DNA of 64,000 bases from an uncultured Chloroflexia bacterium. GTDB taxonomy: Bacteria > Chloroflexota > Limnocylindria > QHBO01. Of the stretch, positions 32,332 to 42,950 are shown one piece after another. Position 1 is the stretch's first letter. The number at the start of each line of letters is the position of its first letter. The notes under the pieces are model-generated. The model made no database searches. It saw only the letters and a program-made list of their open reading frames with translations, and was not told the DNA's origin. The position numbers were made by a program, and so were the translations under genes. Where the stretch lies: positions 1,152,001 to 1,216,000 of the forward strand of contig CAWGTN010000002.1 of NCBI GenBank assembly GCA_963825525.1, read 5' to 3'.

Positions 32332-32784
32332 ATGGCGCACGAGTTCCGGCATCCGGTCAACCGCAGCCTGGTGGCCGGTGCGCCGTTCGGCGCCCGAGTC
32401 GCGGATCGCGTGACCGGCTTCATGGGCAGCTGGGCGTTCATCGTGATCCAGACCATCATCGTCATCGGCTGGATCTCCACCAACGTCTACCACCTCCTCA
32501 ACGTCGGATTCGACCCGTTCCCCTTCATCCTGCTCAACCTGGCGTTCTCGACGCAGGCCGCGTACGCCGCCCCCCTCATCCTGCTGGCCAGCAACCGCGC
32601 GGCCAAACGGGATCGCATGACGCTCGAGCACGCGGCCGACGTGTCGGACATCGAGGAGCAGCAGAACGAGCGGCTGCTCCTCGGCAACCGGGAGATCCTC
32701 GAACACGTTGACCGGCTCGAGGAGCAGATCCTCAAGCTCGAGTCCCGGATCGTCGATCTTCTCGAGCGGCCGCCGACGGGCTGA
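32332..32784 (+). CDS. DUF1003 membrane protein
   Basis: ADRV..FMGSW.F, FDPFPFILLNLAFSTQAAYAAPLIL; GAGGAG SD. Confidence 0.9.
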   Translation: MAHEFRHPVNRSLVAGAPFGARVADRVTGFMGSWAFIVIQTIIVIGWISTNVYHLLNVGFDPFPFILLNLAFSTQAAYAAPLILLASNRAAKRDRMTLEHAADVSDIEEQQNERLLLGNREILEHVDRLEEQILKLESRIVDLLERPPTG

Positions 32785-32786
32785 CG

Positions 32787-33272
32787 TCAGGCGCGCGGGT
32801 CGATGCGCAGCTCCGCCTTCGCTGCCTGCTCGGTCCGGAACGCGGCGACCCGCTCCGCGATCTCGGCATCGGCCAAGGCCAGGATTCGCGCCGCCAGGTG
32901 GGCCGCGTTTTTCGCGCCGGCACTGCCGATCGCAACCGTCGCCACGGGTACGCCGGGTGGCATCTGCACCACTGCGTAGAGCGCATCGGCACCCCCCAGC
33001 GCGCCACCGTCCAGCGGAATGCCGATGACCGGCTTGCCCGTCAGGCTGGCGAGAACGCCGGGAAGGTGCGCGGCGAGTCCGGCCGCGCCGATGAACAGCT
33101 GGACGCCGGCCGCCTCCGCCTCGGCGACGTAGGCATGGAGCGCATCGGCCTGGCGGTGGGCGCTGATGACCGATGCCTCCCAGCTGATCCCGTAGGAATC
33201 GAGCGTATCGAAGCATCCCTTGAGCGTCGAGAGATCGGAGCGGGAGCCGCACACGACGGCGATGGCAGGCAT
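32787..33272 (-). CDS. purE: N5-CAIR mutase / AIR carboxylase
   Basis: GSRSD, SAHR, AGLAAHLPGV, PVIGIP, VQMPPGVPVATV. Confidence 0.95.
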   Translation of the reverse strand: MPAIAVVCGSRSDLSTLKGCFDTLDSYGISWEASVISAHRQADALHAYVAEAEAAGVQLFIGAAGLAAHLPGVLASLTGKPVIGIPLDGGALGGADALYAVVQMPPGVPVATVAIGSAGAKNAAHLAARILALADAEIAERVAAFRTEQAAKAELRIDPRA

Positions 33273-33321
33273 GCGGCGAAGCATAGCCCGGCGTCGGTGT
33301 CCCGCGCCGAGGGGCCCGGCG

Positions 33322-34599
33322 TCAGCTGGTGAGCTCCCGCGCGGCGATATCGGTCCGGAACTGTCCGCCCTCCATCTGGGCCCCGGCCAGGCCGTCGTAG
33401 GCCTCCTTCCGGGCCGAGGCGAGGTCGACGCCTCGCCCCACGAATGTCGCCACGCGGCCGCCGGCTGCCTCGTAGCCGCCATCGGATCGGCGCCGGGTGC
33501 CCCCGTGGAAGCAGAGGAGGTTTCCATCGTCGTCGGAGGACGAGGGATCCGCGCCGTCCAGCTGCTGTCCGATGGCAGGATCGGCCGGATAGCCGCCCGA
33601 TGCCAGGACGACGCCGACCGCGGCCCCTCGCCTCTGGCCGAGTGCGCCCTCCATCAGGGTGCGGTCACCCGTCGCGCAGCCGAGGAGCGCGGAGGACAGG
33701 TCCCCGTCCAACATCGGCAACAGCACCTGCGCTTCCGGATCGCCGAACCGGGCATTGAACTCGATGACCACCGGACCCCCATCGGTGAGCATGAGGCCCG
33801 CGTACAGGATGCCGCGGTACGGGAAGCCGTCGCGAGCCATCCGCCATGCGATCGGCTCGAAGACCTCCGCGGCCACCGTCTCGAGCTCTCGCTGGCCGAA
33901 CCACGGGACCGGGCTGTACGCGCCCATGCCGCCGGTGTTCGGCCCGGCATCGTCATCCGCGAGCCGCTTGTAGTCGCATGCGGCGGCGAGCGGCACCACC
34001 GCCTCGTCGCTGATCAGCGCGAAGGCGCTGACCTCCGGGCCGTCGAGTCGCTCCTCGAGCAGCACGCTGGCGCCGGGCGCGACGCTGGCGAACAGGTCGC
34101 GCACGGCAGCCTCGGCCGATTCCAGCGTCTCGGGCACGACCACGCCCTTTCCGGCGGCCAGCCAGTCGGCCTTCACGACGGGTGGTCGCTCGAGCGTTCG
34201 GAGGTGTGCCAGGGCGGCATCGGGGTCGGTGAAGCTGGTGGCGGCGGCGGTGGAAACGCCCGCCCGACGCATCTGGGCCTTGGCGAATGACTTGCTCGAT
34301 TCGAGCCGAGCCGCAGCCCGCGATGGACCGAAGGTCGGAATGCGGGCTGCGTTCAGCTCGTCAGCCAGGCCCGCAGCCAGCGGACCTTCCGGCCCGATGA
34401 CCACAAGGCCGTAGCGCTCACCAACGGCATGACGAGCCACCGCCTCGACCTGCGAGATGTCGACGTTCACGCTCTCGGCGACGGCCGGGGTGCCCCCATT
34501 CCCGGGCGCGATCCGCACGCGACGCACGCCGTCGTCGCGCGACAGCCGCCAGGCCAGCGCGTGCTCGCGGCCGCCCGATCCAATCACCAGCACATCCAT
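33322..34599 (-). CDS. purD: Phosphoribosylamine-glycine ligase
   Basis: VLVIGSGGREHALAW, GPEGPL, LAAGKGV, GPNTGGMGAYSP, EFNARFGDPE. Confidence 0.97.
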   Translation of the reverse strand: MDVLVIGSGGREHALAWRLSRDDGVRRVRIAPGNGGTPAVAESVNVDISQVEAVARHAVGERYGLVVIGPEGPLAAGLADELNAARIPTFGPSRAAARLESSKSFAKAQMRRAGVSTAAATSFTDPDAALAHLRTLERPPVVKADWLAAGKGVVVPETLESAEAAVRDLFASVAPGASVLLEERLDGPEVSAFALISDEAVVPLAAACDYKRLADDDAGPNTGGMGAYSPVPWFGQRELETVAAEVFEPIAWRMARDGFPYRGILYAGLMLTDGGPVVIEFNARFGDPEAQVLLPMLDGDLSSALLGCATGDRTLMEGALGQRRGAAVGVVLASGGYPADPAIGQQLDGADPSSSDDDGNLLCFHGGTRRRSDGGYEAAGGRVATFVGRGVDLASARKEAYDGLAGAQMEGGQFRTDIAARELTS

Positions 34600-34684
34600 G
34601 GATCCCCGAGTCTACGGGTTGCAGTACACGCATCCTCGCCCCTCCGGCCGCCGACCGGGAGCGGGTACGGGTGGCGGCTGCCGC

Positions 34685-37678
34685 TTAAGGGGAGAGAGCC
34701 TCGAGGGCGTCGAGCACGTCGGCCAGGGCGTTGATCCGATCCTGGTACGTGCCAAGGTCGCCGCGGTCGAGGGCCGATTGGGCCTCGCCATACAGCCGCT
34801 GGGCCTCGGCGATGAGGCCGGCGGCGTCCTGCGGCAGCTCGCCCGGCGATCCACCCGGTGACGGCTCCGGCGACGGTGACTCGCCCGGGGAAGGACTCGG
34901 CTCCGGGGTTTCCGGCGGGGGCGGCTCGGCCTCGCCGAGCAGCTGGCGCAGGCCCTCCTCGACCGTCTCGGCGAATGCCACCCGTCGCTGGTCGGCCATG
35001 ATGACCCGCACGAACTCCGGGAACGGCGCGCCGTCGGCCTGGAGGAAGATCGGCTCGACGTAGAGCAGCCCGTCCTCGCCGACCGGCAGGACCAGCAGGT
35101 TGCCGCGCACAACCGTCGATCCGGCGTTCGACCACAGGGTGAACTGCTCACTGATCGCGTCGTCGGCGCCGATGCGGCCCTCGATCTGCCCCGGTCCCTG
35201 CGTCGTGGTGCCGGTCGGGAACTGGTAGGCGATGCGTTCGCCGTAGACGCCCGGATCCATCCGAGCGGCCACCCAGGCGATCATGTTGGCGCGGCCCTCC
35301 GGCACCATGGGCTGGATGAGGACGAATTCGGCCTCGTCCTCGCCGGGGATGCGCATGATCACGTAGTACGGCTCCATCGGCTCACCGCTGCCCTTGACCA
35401 CGTCGACCGGGATCGCCCAGCGGTCGTCCTCGTTGTAGAGCGTCGTGGCGCCGGTGTCGGTGGCCGGCAGGTGGTAGAGACGGAACGCCTCGTTCTGGGC
35501 GACGAACAGGTCCTCGGGGTAGCGCAGGTGAGCCTGGAGGCCATCGGGAATGGCATCCAGCGGCTCGAAGAGGTCCGGGAAAATCCGGGCGTAGGCCGCG
35601 ATGATCGGCTCGGTCGGATCGGTGATGAAGAAGCGGACGGTGCCGTTGTAGGCGTCGACCACGACCTTGACGCTGTTGCGCACGTAGTTTGCGCCGGCGA
35701 AGCGGCTGTCGGCCGGCAGCGGCTGGGCGTTCGGGTAGCGATTCGACACGGTGTAGGCGTCCCACACCCACAGCAGTCGCTCGTCGACGCTCACCAGGTA
35801 GGGGTCGCCGTCGTAGGCGAGAAACGGCGCGATGTCCGGGACCCGTTCCTGGATGGCGCGCTTGAAGAGGACCTGTGAGTCGTCGGTCAGCTGGTTGCTG
35901 ACCATGAGGTTGAAGTCGCCGAATCGAAGGGCGAATAGCGCCTTGACGACGATGTTGTCGATCCCGACGCCCGTCGTGCCGGTCCAGGTCGTGGTCGCGC
36001 CGGCATCGGTCGAGCCATCGGCATCGAGCGGGTAGTCGAACTCATCGGTCGAGGTGCCGGTCACGATGTACGTGTCGGTCTCTTCGCCGAAGTAGATCCG
36101 GGGCTCGCCGATCGGCAGCTGCGGGTCGCGGTTGATGCCGCTGACGAGATAGTCCGGCGTGCCCTGGTCGGTGACCGCGTCGACCGGCACCGCGGTGATG
36201 CCGTACCCGTGGGTGTAGACCAGCTTCTCGTTCGTCCAGCTGCGACTGGCGCCGAACAGGTCGACGTCGAGCTCGCGAGCGCTGAGCATGATCTGTCGCT
36301 GCTCGCCGGCGACCTCGTAGCGATCGATATCGACGTCGCTGAACGTGTAATAGCGACGGAGGATCTGCTGCTGGCCGAAGGTGGTGAGCAGCGGCCGGTA
36401 GTCCCACAGACGCAGGTTGTCGATCGTGGCCGAGTCCTGCTCGAACACGCTCCGGGTCAGCTGCTGCTCGCCGGTGAACCGGCGCTGATCGATGGCGTCG
36501 AGGTCGAAGGCGGCGCGCGTCGCCTCGATGTGGTTGCGCAGGTACGGCCGCTCGACATTCACCTCGTTCGGCGTCACCTGGACGCCCTGCACGAAGCTGG
36601 GATAGAGGCCGCCGACCAGGATCGACAGGACGAACCATGCTCCGCCGGCCAGACCCAGCAGCCAGAGCGTGCGGAAGAAGGTGTTGAGCAGGAGGAGCAC
36701 GGCCGATGCGAGCGCCACCACGGTGAGGATCACGTAGGCAGGCAGCTGGGCGTTCATGTCGGTGTAGGTCGCCGCCTGTACCGACCCGCCCACGCCGCGA
36801 GTCGAATAGGCAAGCTCGGAGATGTCGAGCTGGTAGCCCGCCGCGATGGTAATCAGCAGGAGTGCGCCCAGGACCGACAGGTGGGCACGCACCGGTGCAC
36901 TCAGGTGGAACTGCCAGCGGAGCGCGCGCGCCGCGTAGGTGCCGATGGTGATCAGGAGAATCACGATCAGGGTGGTCGATGCCCAGCCCAGCAGGAAGCG
37001 CCAGAACGGCAGATCGAACACGTAGAAGCCGACGTCACGGCCGAGCGTCGGATCCGTGGTGCCCCACTCCCCGCCGTTGACGAAGAGAAGGACGGTCTCC
37101 CAGCTGCCACTCCAGGCGGCGCCCGAGCCGAGCGCCAGCAGAACGGCCAGGACGGCAAGGCCAAGGCCGATGAGCCGCGACAGGTCCGGCATCTCGATGC
37201 CGCCGAGCTGCCTGACCGGGGCCTGAGGTGCGATCCGGCCGACGAGCCAGACGCTGACCAGGACCGGGATCAGCATGGCCACGAAGCCGATCCCGAACAG
37301 CGCGACCTGTGACCACAGGCGGGTCGTGAGCACGTCGCGCCGGCCGAGGGCGTCGTACCACATGACATCGGTGATCAGGTTGACGATGCCGCCGAGCAGG
37401 CCGAAGACCACGAGCAGCGCGATGATCCCGCCACCGACCAGGATCCATCGCCGCCATGGCAGGTCCGCGCCGGCAACCGGCGGGAAGGTCGGGCCGTTGC
37501 CGCCGCCATTCGTCGGTCCCGAGCGGCGCTGCTTGCGCTCGTCGTCGATCGGCGTGACGTTGCGCTCGGATCGGTCGCGTCGCGCGGAGCGATCGAAGGG
37601 CCGCCCCTCGCTGCGCGCGTCGGCCTCTTCCTGGCGGCGTTGCAGCTCGTCGAGGAGCTTGTCGAACCAAGATGACAT
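34685..37678 (-). CDS. UPF0182 family membrane protein
   Basis: DPTLGRDVGFYVFDLP, NLRLWD, YTHGYG, PRIYFGE, NYVRNSVK, GNLLVLP, YVEPIFL. Confidence 0.93.
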   Translation of the reverse strand: MSSWFDKLLDELQRRQEEADARSEGRPFDRSARRDRSERNVTPIDDERKQRRSGPTNGGGNGPTFPPVAGADLPWRRWILVGGGIIALLVVFGLLGGIVNLITDVMWYDALGRRDVLTTRLWSQVALFGIGFVAMLIPVLVSVWLVGRIAPQAPVRQLGGIEMPDLSRLIGLGLAVLAVLLALGSGAAWSGSWETVLLFVNGGEWGTTDPTLGRDVGFYVFDLPFWRFLLGWASTTLIVILLITIGTYAARALRWQFHLSAPVRAHLSVLGALLLITIAAGYQLDISELAYSTRGVGGSVQAATYTDMNAQLPAYVILTVVALASAVLLLLNTFFRTLWLLGLAGGAWFVLSILVGGLYPSFVQGVQVTPNEVNVERPYLRNHIEATRAAFDLDAIDQRRFTGEQQLTRSVFEQDSATIDNLRLWDYRPLLTTFGQQQILRRYYTFSDVDIDRYEVAGEQRQIMLSARELDVDLFGASRSWTNEKLVYTHGYGITAVPVDAVTDQGTPDYLVSGINRDPQLPIGEPRIYFGEETDTYIVTGTSTDEFDYPLDADGSTDAGATTTWTGTTGVGIDNIVVKALFALRFGDFNLMVSNQLTDDSQVLFKRAIQERVPDIAPFLAYDGDPYLVSVDERLLWVWDAYTVSNRYPNAQPLPADSRFAGANYVRNSVKVVVDAYNGTVRFFITDPTEPIIAAYARIFPDLFEPLDAIPDGLQAHLRYPEDLFVAQNEAFRLYHLPATDTGATTLYNEDDRWAIPVDVVKGSGEPMEPYYVIMRIPGEDEAEFVLIQPMVPEGRANMIAWVAARMDPGVYGERIAYQFPTGTTTQGPGQIEGRIGADDAISEQFTLWSNAGSTVVRGNLLVLPVGEDGLLYVEPIFLQADGAPFPEFVRVIMADQRRVAFAETVEEGLRQLLGEAEPPPPETPEPSPSPGESPSPEPSPGGSPGELPQDAAGLIAEAQRLYGEAQSALDRGDLGTYQDRINALADVLDALEALSP

Positions 37679-37737
37679 GTGGTGAACCATGCTACCGGCT
37701 TGCCCGCTCGACCGTATTCCGGACGGGCCGGCGCACG

Positions 37738-38304
37738 TCAGGGCTGGTTTGGCGCGCGCATGGTCAGGCGGTCGAGCTCATCGCCATCCGCGCCGAGTGC
37801 GACGAGCGAATTCGGGACGAGCCCCGGCAGGTAGATGAGGAAGACGCTCGCGTCTATTTCCGCGGGCTCGAGGGAGATGAGCAGCGCGGACGCCCGCGAC
37901 CCGTCCTCGAGCTCGAGCACGACCGAGGCGACATCCGGACCGACGGTACCTGCGACCTCGAACACCGGGTCACCCTCTCCACTAGTCGACACTGGACCGA
38001 ATGGTCCCTGCTCTCCGCCCTCGCCCGGGATGGGCCCGCACGCCGTGGAGCCGTGTCCGCCACGAAATATCGCCAGGCACAGGCCACCCGCGTCGCGCTG
38101 GACGACCACCGAGAGAATCTCGTCGACCCGGCCGCGAAGGATCTCGACTGCCGGTCCGGTCGGAACGTCGGCCGGACCATCGGTCTCGATTCGCCTGGGT
38201 GTCGTGTCAAGCTCGGCGATCTGGATCCCGACGTCGGGCGCGGGCAGGGCCCCGCATCCCGCAAGCGCGGTCGCCAGGATCAGACCGACCGGCACCCCCC
38301 GCAT
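37738..38304 (-). CDS. Hypothetical lipoprotein
   Basis: Lipobox LAGC; follows guaA on the same strand. Confidence 0.65.
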   Translation of the reverse strand: MRGVPVGLILATALAGCGALPAPDVGIQIAELDTTPRRIETDGPADVPTGPAVEILRGRVDEILSVVVQRDAGGLCLAIFRGGHGSTACGPIPGEGGEQGPFGPVSTSGEGDPVFEVAGTVGPDVASVVLELEDGSRASALLISLEPAEIDASVFLIYLPGLVPNSLVALGADGDELDRLTMRAPNQP

Positions 38305-38308
38305 CGGC

Positions 38309-40039
38309 TCACTCCCACTCGATGGTGGCGGGAGGCTTGGAGCTGATGTCGTAGACCACGCGGTTCACGCCCGATACCTCGTTGACGATCCGGCTGCTGA
38401 TCTTGGCGAGCACCTCGTACGGCAGCCGCGCCCAGTCGGCGGTCATGCCGTCGTCGCTCGTCACCGCGCGGATGGCGACGACGTTGGCGTAGGTGCGGCC
38501 GTCTCCCATCACGCCGACCGAGCGCACCGGCGTCAGGATGGCGAACGACTGCCACAACGACCGATACAGCCCGGCCCCCTTGATCTCGTCGATGACGATC
38601 CAATCGGCCTCGCGCAGCGTATCGAGCCGTTCTGCGGTCACTTCGCCGATGATTCGGATGGCCAGGCCCGGACCGGGAAACGGCTGGCGCTGGACCATGG
38701 CATCCGGCAGGCCGAGCTCCAGGCCGACCTTGCGCACCTCGTCCTTGAACAGGTAGCGCAATGGCTCGATGAGCTTGAAGCGCAGGTCGGACGGCAGCCC
38801 ACCCACGTTGTGATGGGTCTTGATCTTCTGTGACGTCTTGGTCTCCGACGTCTTCGACTCGATGACGTCCGGGTACAGCGTGCCCTGGGTGAGGAAGTCG
38901 ATCTGCCCGATCTTGGCGGCCTCTTCCTCGAAGACGCGGATGAACTCGTCGCCGATGATCCGACGCTTCTCCTCGGGATCCTCGACTCCGGCGAGCCGGG
39001 CAAGGAAGCGCTCGCGGGCGTCGACCATGACGAGGTTCATCCCCAGATCGCGCTCGAAGGTGACGCGCAGCAGCTCGGACTCGCGCTTGCGCATCAGGCC
39101 GTGATCGACATAGATGCAGGTGAGCTGGTCGCCGATGGCCCGATGCACCAGGGTGGCCGCCACGGCGCTGTCCACGCCGCCGGACAGTGCGCAGATGACG
39201 TGCCCCTCCCCCACCCGCTCGCGGATCTCGGCGACGGTCGTCTCGACGAGGTTCGCGGCGGTCCAGTTGTCACGGACGCCGGCGATGCCGACCACGAAGT
39301 TGCGCAGCACGTCGCGGCCGATCGGCGTATGAACCACCTCGGGGTGGAACTGGATGCCGTACAGGTTGCGGCCCGCATCGGCAAGGCCGGCATACGGGGT
39401 CGAATCGGTCTGGGCCGTGGATGCGAACCCTTCGGGCGGCCGCAGGATCGAGTCGCCATGGCTCATCCAGACCGGCTGCTCGCGCTCGATCCCCGCGAAC
39501 AGGCCCGAGGCATCGGTCACACTCACGGTGGCCGGGCCGTATTCGCGCTTTGTCGACGGGACGACCTCGCCACCGAGCTCGTGGGCCATGAGCTGCAGGC
39601 CGTAGCAGATGCCCAGGACCGGGATCCGTCCCGACCACAGCGCCGGATCGGCCCTCGGCGCGTCCGTGTCGTAGACGGAGGACGGACCGCCGGACAGGAT
39701 GACCGCCTTGACCCCGCGCCGCTCGAGCTCGGCCATCGGCGTGTCATGCGGCAGGAGCTCCGAGTAGACGTTCAGCTCCCGAACCCGACGCGCGATGAGC
39801 TGGGCGAACTGGCTGCCAAAGTCGAGCACGGCCACGGTGTCCGGCTGTTCCGCTGCCTCGGTCTCCACGCGGAGCGGCGGCGGCGCGTGGAGTGCCTGCT
39901 CGAGGTAGGCCTCGACCTCCGCATCGTCGGGGGCGAGGACGCGATGGCCCGCATTGGCAGCTTCGCCGTGGACGGTGCGGCCGCGCTCTCGCGGGACGGG
40001 CTGTTCGGCGTCGATTCTCGGTTCCTTGGACTCTGTCAA
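38309..40039 (-). CDS. guaA: GMP synthase (glutamine-hydrolysing)
   Basis: [47 protein letters not shown]. Confidence 0.97.
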   Translation of the reverse strand: MTESKEPRIDAEQPVPRERGRTVHGEAANAGHRVLAPDDAEVEAYLEQALHAPPPLRVETEAAEQPDTVAVLDFGSQFAQLIARRVRELNVYSELLPHDTPMAELERRGVKAVILSGGPSSVYDTDAPRADPALWSGRIPVLGICYGLQLMAHELGGEVVPSTKREYGPATVSVTDASGLFAGIEREQPVWMSHGDSILRPPEGFASTAQTDSTPYAGLADAGRNLYGIQFHPEVVHTPIGRDVLRNFVVGIAGVRDNWTAANLVETTVAEIRERVGEGHVICALSGGVDSAVAATLVHRAIGDQLTCIYVDHGLMRKRESELLRVTFERDLGMNLVMVDARERFLARLAGVEDPEEKRRIIGDEFIRVFEEEAAKIGQIDFLTQGTLYPDVIESKTSETKTSQKIKTHHNVGGLPSDLRFKLIEPLRYLFKDEVRKVGLELGLPDAMVQRQPFPGPGLAIRIIGEVTAERLDTLREADWIVIDEIKGAGLYRSLWQSFAILTPVRSVGVMGDGRTYANVVAIRAVTSDDGMTADWARLPYEVLAKISSRIVNEVSGVNRVVYDISSKPPATIEWE

Positions 40040-40097
40040 TGCCGCTCCGTCGGGCGATGATCAACTGTGAGCCAGAGTCTAATCGTCACCACGCAGG

Positions 40098-40910
40098 TCA
40101 ATCCGCGCCGCCGAGCGCCTTCTCCAGGCCGTCGCCCGTCATGGCGGCGTCGATGTAGGTCGAGGTCCCGGCGCGCTGCAATTCCTCGGCGGCTGCGGCC
40201 AACGCTCCGTAGGCAGCACGGGCCAGGGCACCGCCGGTGGAGACCCGACGGACGCCCATCGCCTCGAGCTCGCGCACGGATGGGGCGTTGCGCACCGCCA
40301 GCACGTTGGCCGGCGCGTCGGTGGCGTCCACCACGCGCCGGATGTCATCGGCGTCGGAAAGACGTGGCGCATAGACGACATCGGCTCCGGCTTCGCGATA
40401 GGCGATGAGCCGCTGAACAGTATCGTCGAGGTCACCGAGGTCGTAGACGTGGTTCTCCGCCCGGGCCGTCAGGATGACGCCATGCCGATGCGCCGCCTCC
40501 GCGGCGGCGGCGACGCGCTCGACGGCGACCTCCAGCGCATCGATCCTGCCGGTCGCCGGGTCGTAGTCCTCGATCGAGCAGCCGGCCGCGCCGCGTGTGG
40601 CCATCTCGGCCACGGTCTCCGCAACGCCCGCCGGATCATCGGCGAAGCAGCGCTGGGCATCCACGTTGAGGGGCAGGTCGACGGCCGACGCCAGGGCCTC
40701 GACGTGATCGAGCATCTCGTCGCGGGTCACCGTCAGATCCAACTTGCCGAGTGCCGCCGCATGTCCGAGGCTCGTGGTTGCCAGTGCCTCGAACCCCATG
40801 CTGGCAAGGATCCGTGCCGACCCGATATCCCAGGCGTTCGGCATGATGAACAGCCCGCGCTCGTGAAGGCGGCGGAACCGATCGCGACGGTCACCGACGG
40901 AGATCGACAT
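40098..40910 (-). CDS. Isocitrate lyase/PEP mutase family protein
   Basis: PNAWDIGSA, ALATTS, LPLNVD, GCSIED, LTARAE, RRVSTG. Confidence 0.9.
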   Translation of the reverse strand: MSISVGDRRDRFRRLHERGLFIMPNAWDIGSARILASMGFEALATTSLGHAAALGKLDLTVTRDEMLDHVEALASAVDLPLNVDAQRCFADDPAGVAETVAEMATRGAAGCSIEDYDPATGRIDALEVAVERVAAAAEAAHRHGVILTARAENHVYDLGDLDDTVQRLIAYREAGADVVYAPRLSDADDIRRVVDATDAPANVLAVRNAPSVRELEAMGVRRVSTGGALARAAYGALAAAAEELQRAGTSTYIDAAMTGDGLEKALGGAD

Positions 40911-40915
40911 CAGGC

Positions 40916-41431
40916 TCAGGATACAGGCCGGGCGAGCTCATCGGCTGCCGCCGCGGCCACCGCCGAACGCTGGATGCCGAGGCGCTCCAGGAGCTGCGCG
41001 ACCGTGCCGTGCTCCATGTCGGCAACGGCGGCAACGACATGCGCTCCCACCAGGGGCCGTCGGGCCGATCGGGCCATGGCCCCCGCGCGTTGAAACGCCT
41101 CCTGGGCCGACGGGCTGGATCGATAGATGCCGGACCCGGTCGGCGGTTCGAGCGGAGGCGCATCGCTGAGCTCCGTGGCGAGGTCAGGTCGCATGCCCGC
41201 GGCCACGAGTGCGGCGGCATGCTGCTCGGTGATCGCGCCCCGGAGGCGGTCGCGTTCCAGCCCAAAGCGGCCCATCACGCGATCGGCCGAACCATCGGGA
41301 AGGTCGAAGGCCGCCAGGAGCAGATGCTCGGCCGCCGGCTGCTCGTCACCCATGGAGCGGCCGATGTTCTCCGCGTTGGTCAGGAGATCCTTGATCGCCC
41401 GCATCTCGCGGAACATCTTCATCGGGTTCAT
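40916..41431 (-). CDS. Stand-alone Clp N-terminal repeat domain protein
   Basis: Two ClpN-like repeats (AEHLLLAAF; GAHVVAAV); AAGGAGG SD and ATGA coupling to the HTH gene. Confidence 0.8.
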   Translation of the reverse strand: MNPMKMFREMRAIKDLLTNAENIGRSMGDEQPAAEHLLLAAFDLPDGSADRVMGRFGLERDRLRGAITEQHAAALVAAGMRPDLATELSDAPPLEPPTGSGIYRSSPSAQEAFQRAGAMARSARRPLVGAHVVAAVADMEHGTVAQLLERLGIQRSAVAAAAADELARPVS

Positions 41432-41652
41432 CTGTCCTCCTTGGTTGCTGCATGACCGCGAAGTCGGTGGGCGTGCCGCTTGTGGGCTGCCTGGCGCGTG
41501 ACCCCCAACCCCTGTGCCATCTGCTGCCAGGTCCAACCGCGCGCCAGCGCCTCGTCGACCGCCTCCCGCTCCATGCGGTCGGCGAGGCGACGCAGCGCGA
41601 TTACCGCCGCGAAGGCGGTTGCGGGGTCGCCGGTCTGCAGGTCATCGGCCAT
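41428..41652 (-). CDS. Small HTH protein (ClpC2 N-terminal-like)
   Basis: AVDEALARGWTWQQMAQGLGVTRQAAHKRH. Confidence 0.82.
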   Translation of the reverse strand: MADDLQTGDPATAFAAVIALRRLADRMEREAVDEALARGWTWQQMAQGLGVTRQAAHKRHAHRLRGHAATKEDR

Positions 41653-41659
41653 CGGCCCG

Positions 41660-41700
41660 AGGTTAGTGCGCTGCTGTCCTGGTGTCAACTGTAGTTGACA
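41660..41700 (-). promoter_or_regulatory. Sigma70-type leaderless promoter with perfect operator palindrome
   Basis: TGTCAACT-GT-AGTTGACA (41683-41700) contains the -35 TTGACA; TAACCT follows 17 bp later; ATG 7 nt after that. Confidence 0.8.
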
Positions 41701-41711
41701 GCACTCTGACG

Positions 41712-42938
41712 CTAGGCCGGCCCGTCAAGCCACTCCCGTGGATGGGTCGAGAGGAAGTCCTCGATCGGGATCCCGCCGGGACCCACGATGAGAGCCCGCG
41801 CTCCCCGGTGCGTGTGGGTGAACGCAACGGTGCCGGGCGTGCCACGCGGATGACCGGTTTTCACCTCGATCGCCATCGGCGCATCGCGTGACCGCATCAG
41901 CTTGCCGGGCCGAACCACCCAGTCGACCTCGTTGTTGCCCTCCCGCCAATAGCCCAGCTCATCCGGATCGGCATGGGCCCACAGGTGCGCACCCACCGCG
42001 GTCTCAACCAGGCGGCCCCACGTCTCGTGATCGGCCTTTGCCCGCGCCATGGTCGTGCGTGCCGTTGCCGTGATGAGCGCGGTGTTGAGCGCCAGCAGCT
42101 TGGGGCTCGACGCGCGGCGCCGAACGGCGGAGCCGGAGTACTTGCCGATCCCGGTCACCATTCCCGCTCCCCCGAGCAGCTCCAGGTAGTGGGCCAGGGT
42201 GACCGTGTTGCCGGCGTCGGTGAGCGTCCCGAGCATCTTCGTGTAGCTCAGGACCTGTCCCGAGTACGAGCACGCGAGACGGAAGAGCTGACGCAGCAGC
42301 GCGGGCTTCTCCACTCGATTGAGGAGCAGGATGTCGCGCGACAGGTTGGTCTCGACGATCGAGTCGAGGATGTACTCCTCCCACCGCTCGTGGCGCCTGA
42401 TGAGCGGCGCGGCGCCCGGGTAGCCGCCATAGAAGAGATAGGTGTCGAGATCCCAGCCGAACGCGTCGCGCATCTCGGCGAAGGTCCAGTGCGTGACCCG
42501 GATGACCTCGAAGCGACCGGCGAGACTGTCGGACAGTCCCTTGCGCACCAGCAGCGGCGCCGATCCCAGCAACATCACGCGCAGCGACGTCCCGGTCGCT
42601 GTGTCCTCGTCCCACAGCTCCTTCACCACGTCGGACCAGTCCCGGATCTTCTGCACCTCGTCGAGGATCAAGAGTCCGCCGGCACGCCCTCCCATTGCTG
42701 CCTGCTGCCGACCGATCTGCCACTGGGTGTAGATCCAGCCGATGTCCTCGGGGTCTGGAGCGTCGGCGGATGCGAAGTGTCCGGGGATGCCGATTGCGTC
42801 CATGACCTGACGGGCCACGGTCGTCTTGCCAACCTGGCGGGGACCCGCCAGGACCTGGATGAACTGCCGCGGCTCGTGGGCGCGTTCGAGGATCTCCTCG
42901 TAGATCGGGCGCCGATAGACCTTCGGAGCTCGACTCAT
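41712..42938 (-). CDS. AAA_14/DUF4143 ATPase with C-terminal PD-(D/E)xK-like domain
   Basis: Walker A GPRQVGKT, Walker B LILDEVQ, SLAGRF, YGGYP, EVDWV..AIEVK. Confidence 0.9.
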   Translation of the reverse strand: MSRAPKVYRRPIYEEILERAHEPRQFIQVLAGPRQVGKTTVARQVMDAIGIPGHFASADAPDPEDIGWIYTQWQIGRQQAAMGGRAGGLLILDEVQKIRDWSDVVKELWDEDTATGTSLRVMLLGSAPLLVRKGLSDSLAGRFEVIRVTHWTFAEMRDAFGWDLDTYLFYGGYPGAAPLIRRHERWEEYILDSIVETNLSRDILLLNRVEKPALLRQLFRLACSYSGQVLSYTKMLGTLTDAGNTVTLAHYLELLGGAGMVTGIGKYSGSAVRRRASSPKLLALNTALITATARTTMARAKADHETWGRLVETAVGAHLWAHADPDELGYWREGNNEVDWVVRPGKLMRSRDAPMAIEVKTGHPRGTPGTVAFTHTHRGARALIVGPGGIPIEDFLSTHPREWLDGPA

Positions 42939-42950
42939 TCGCTCACCATG

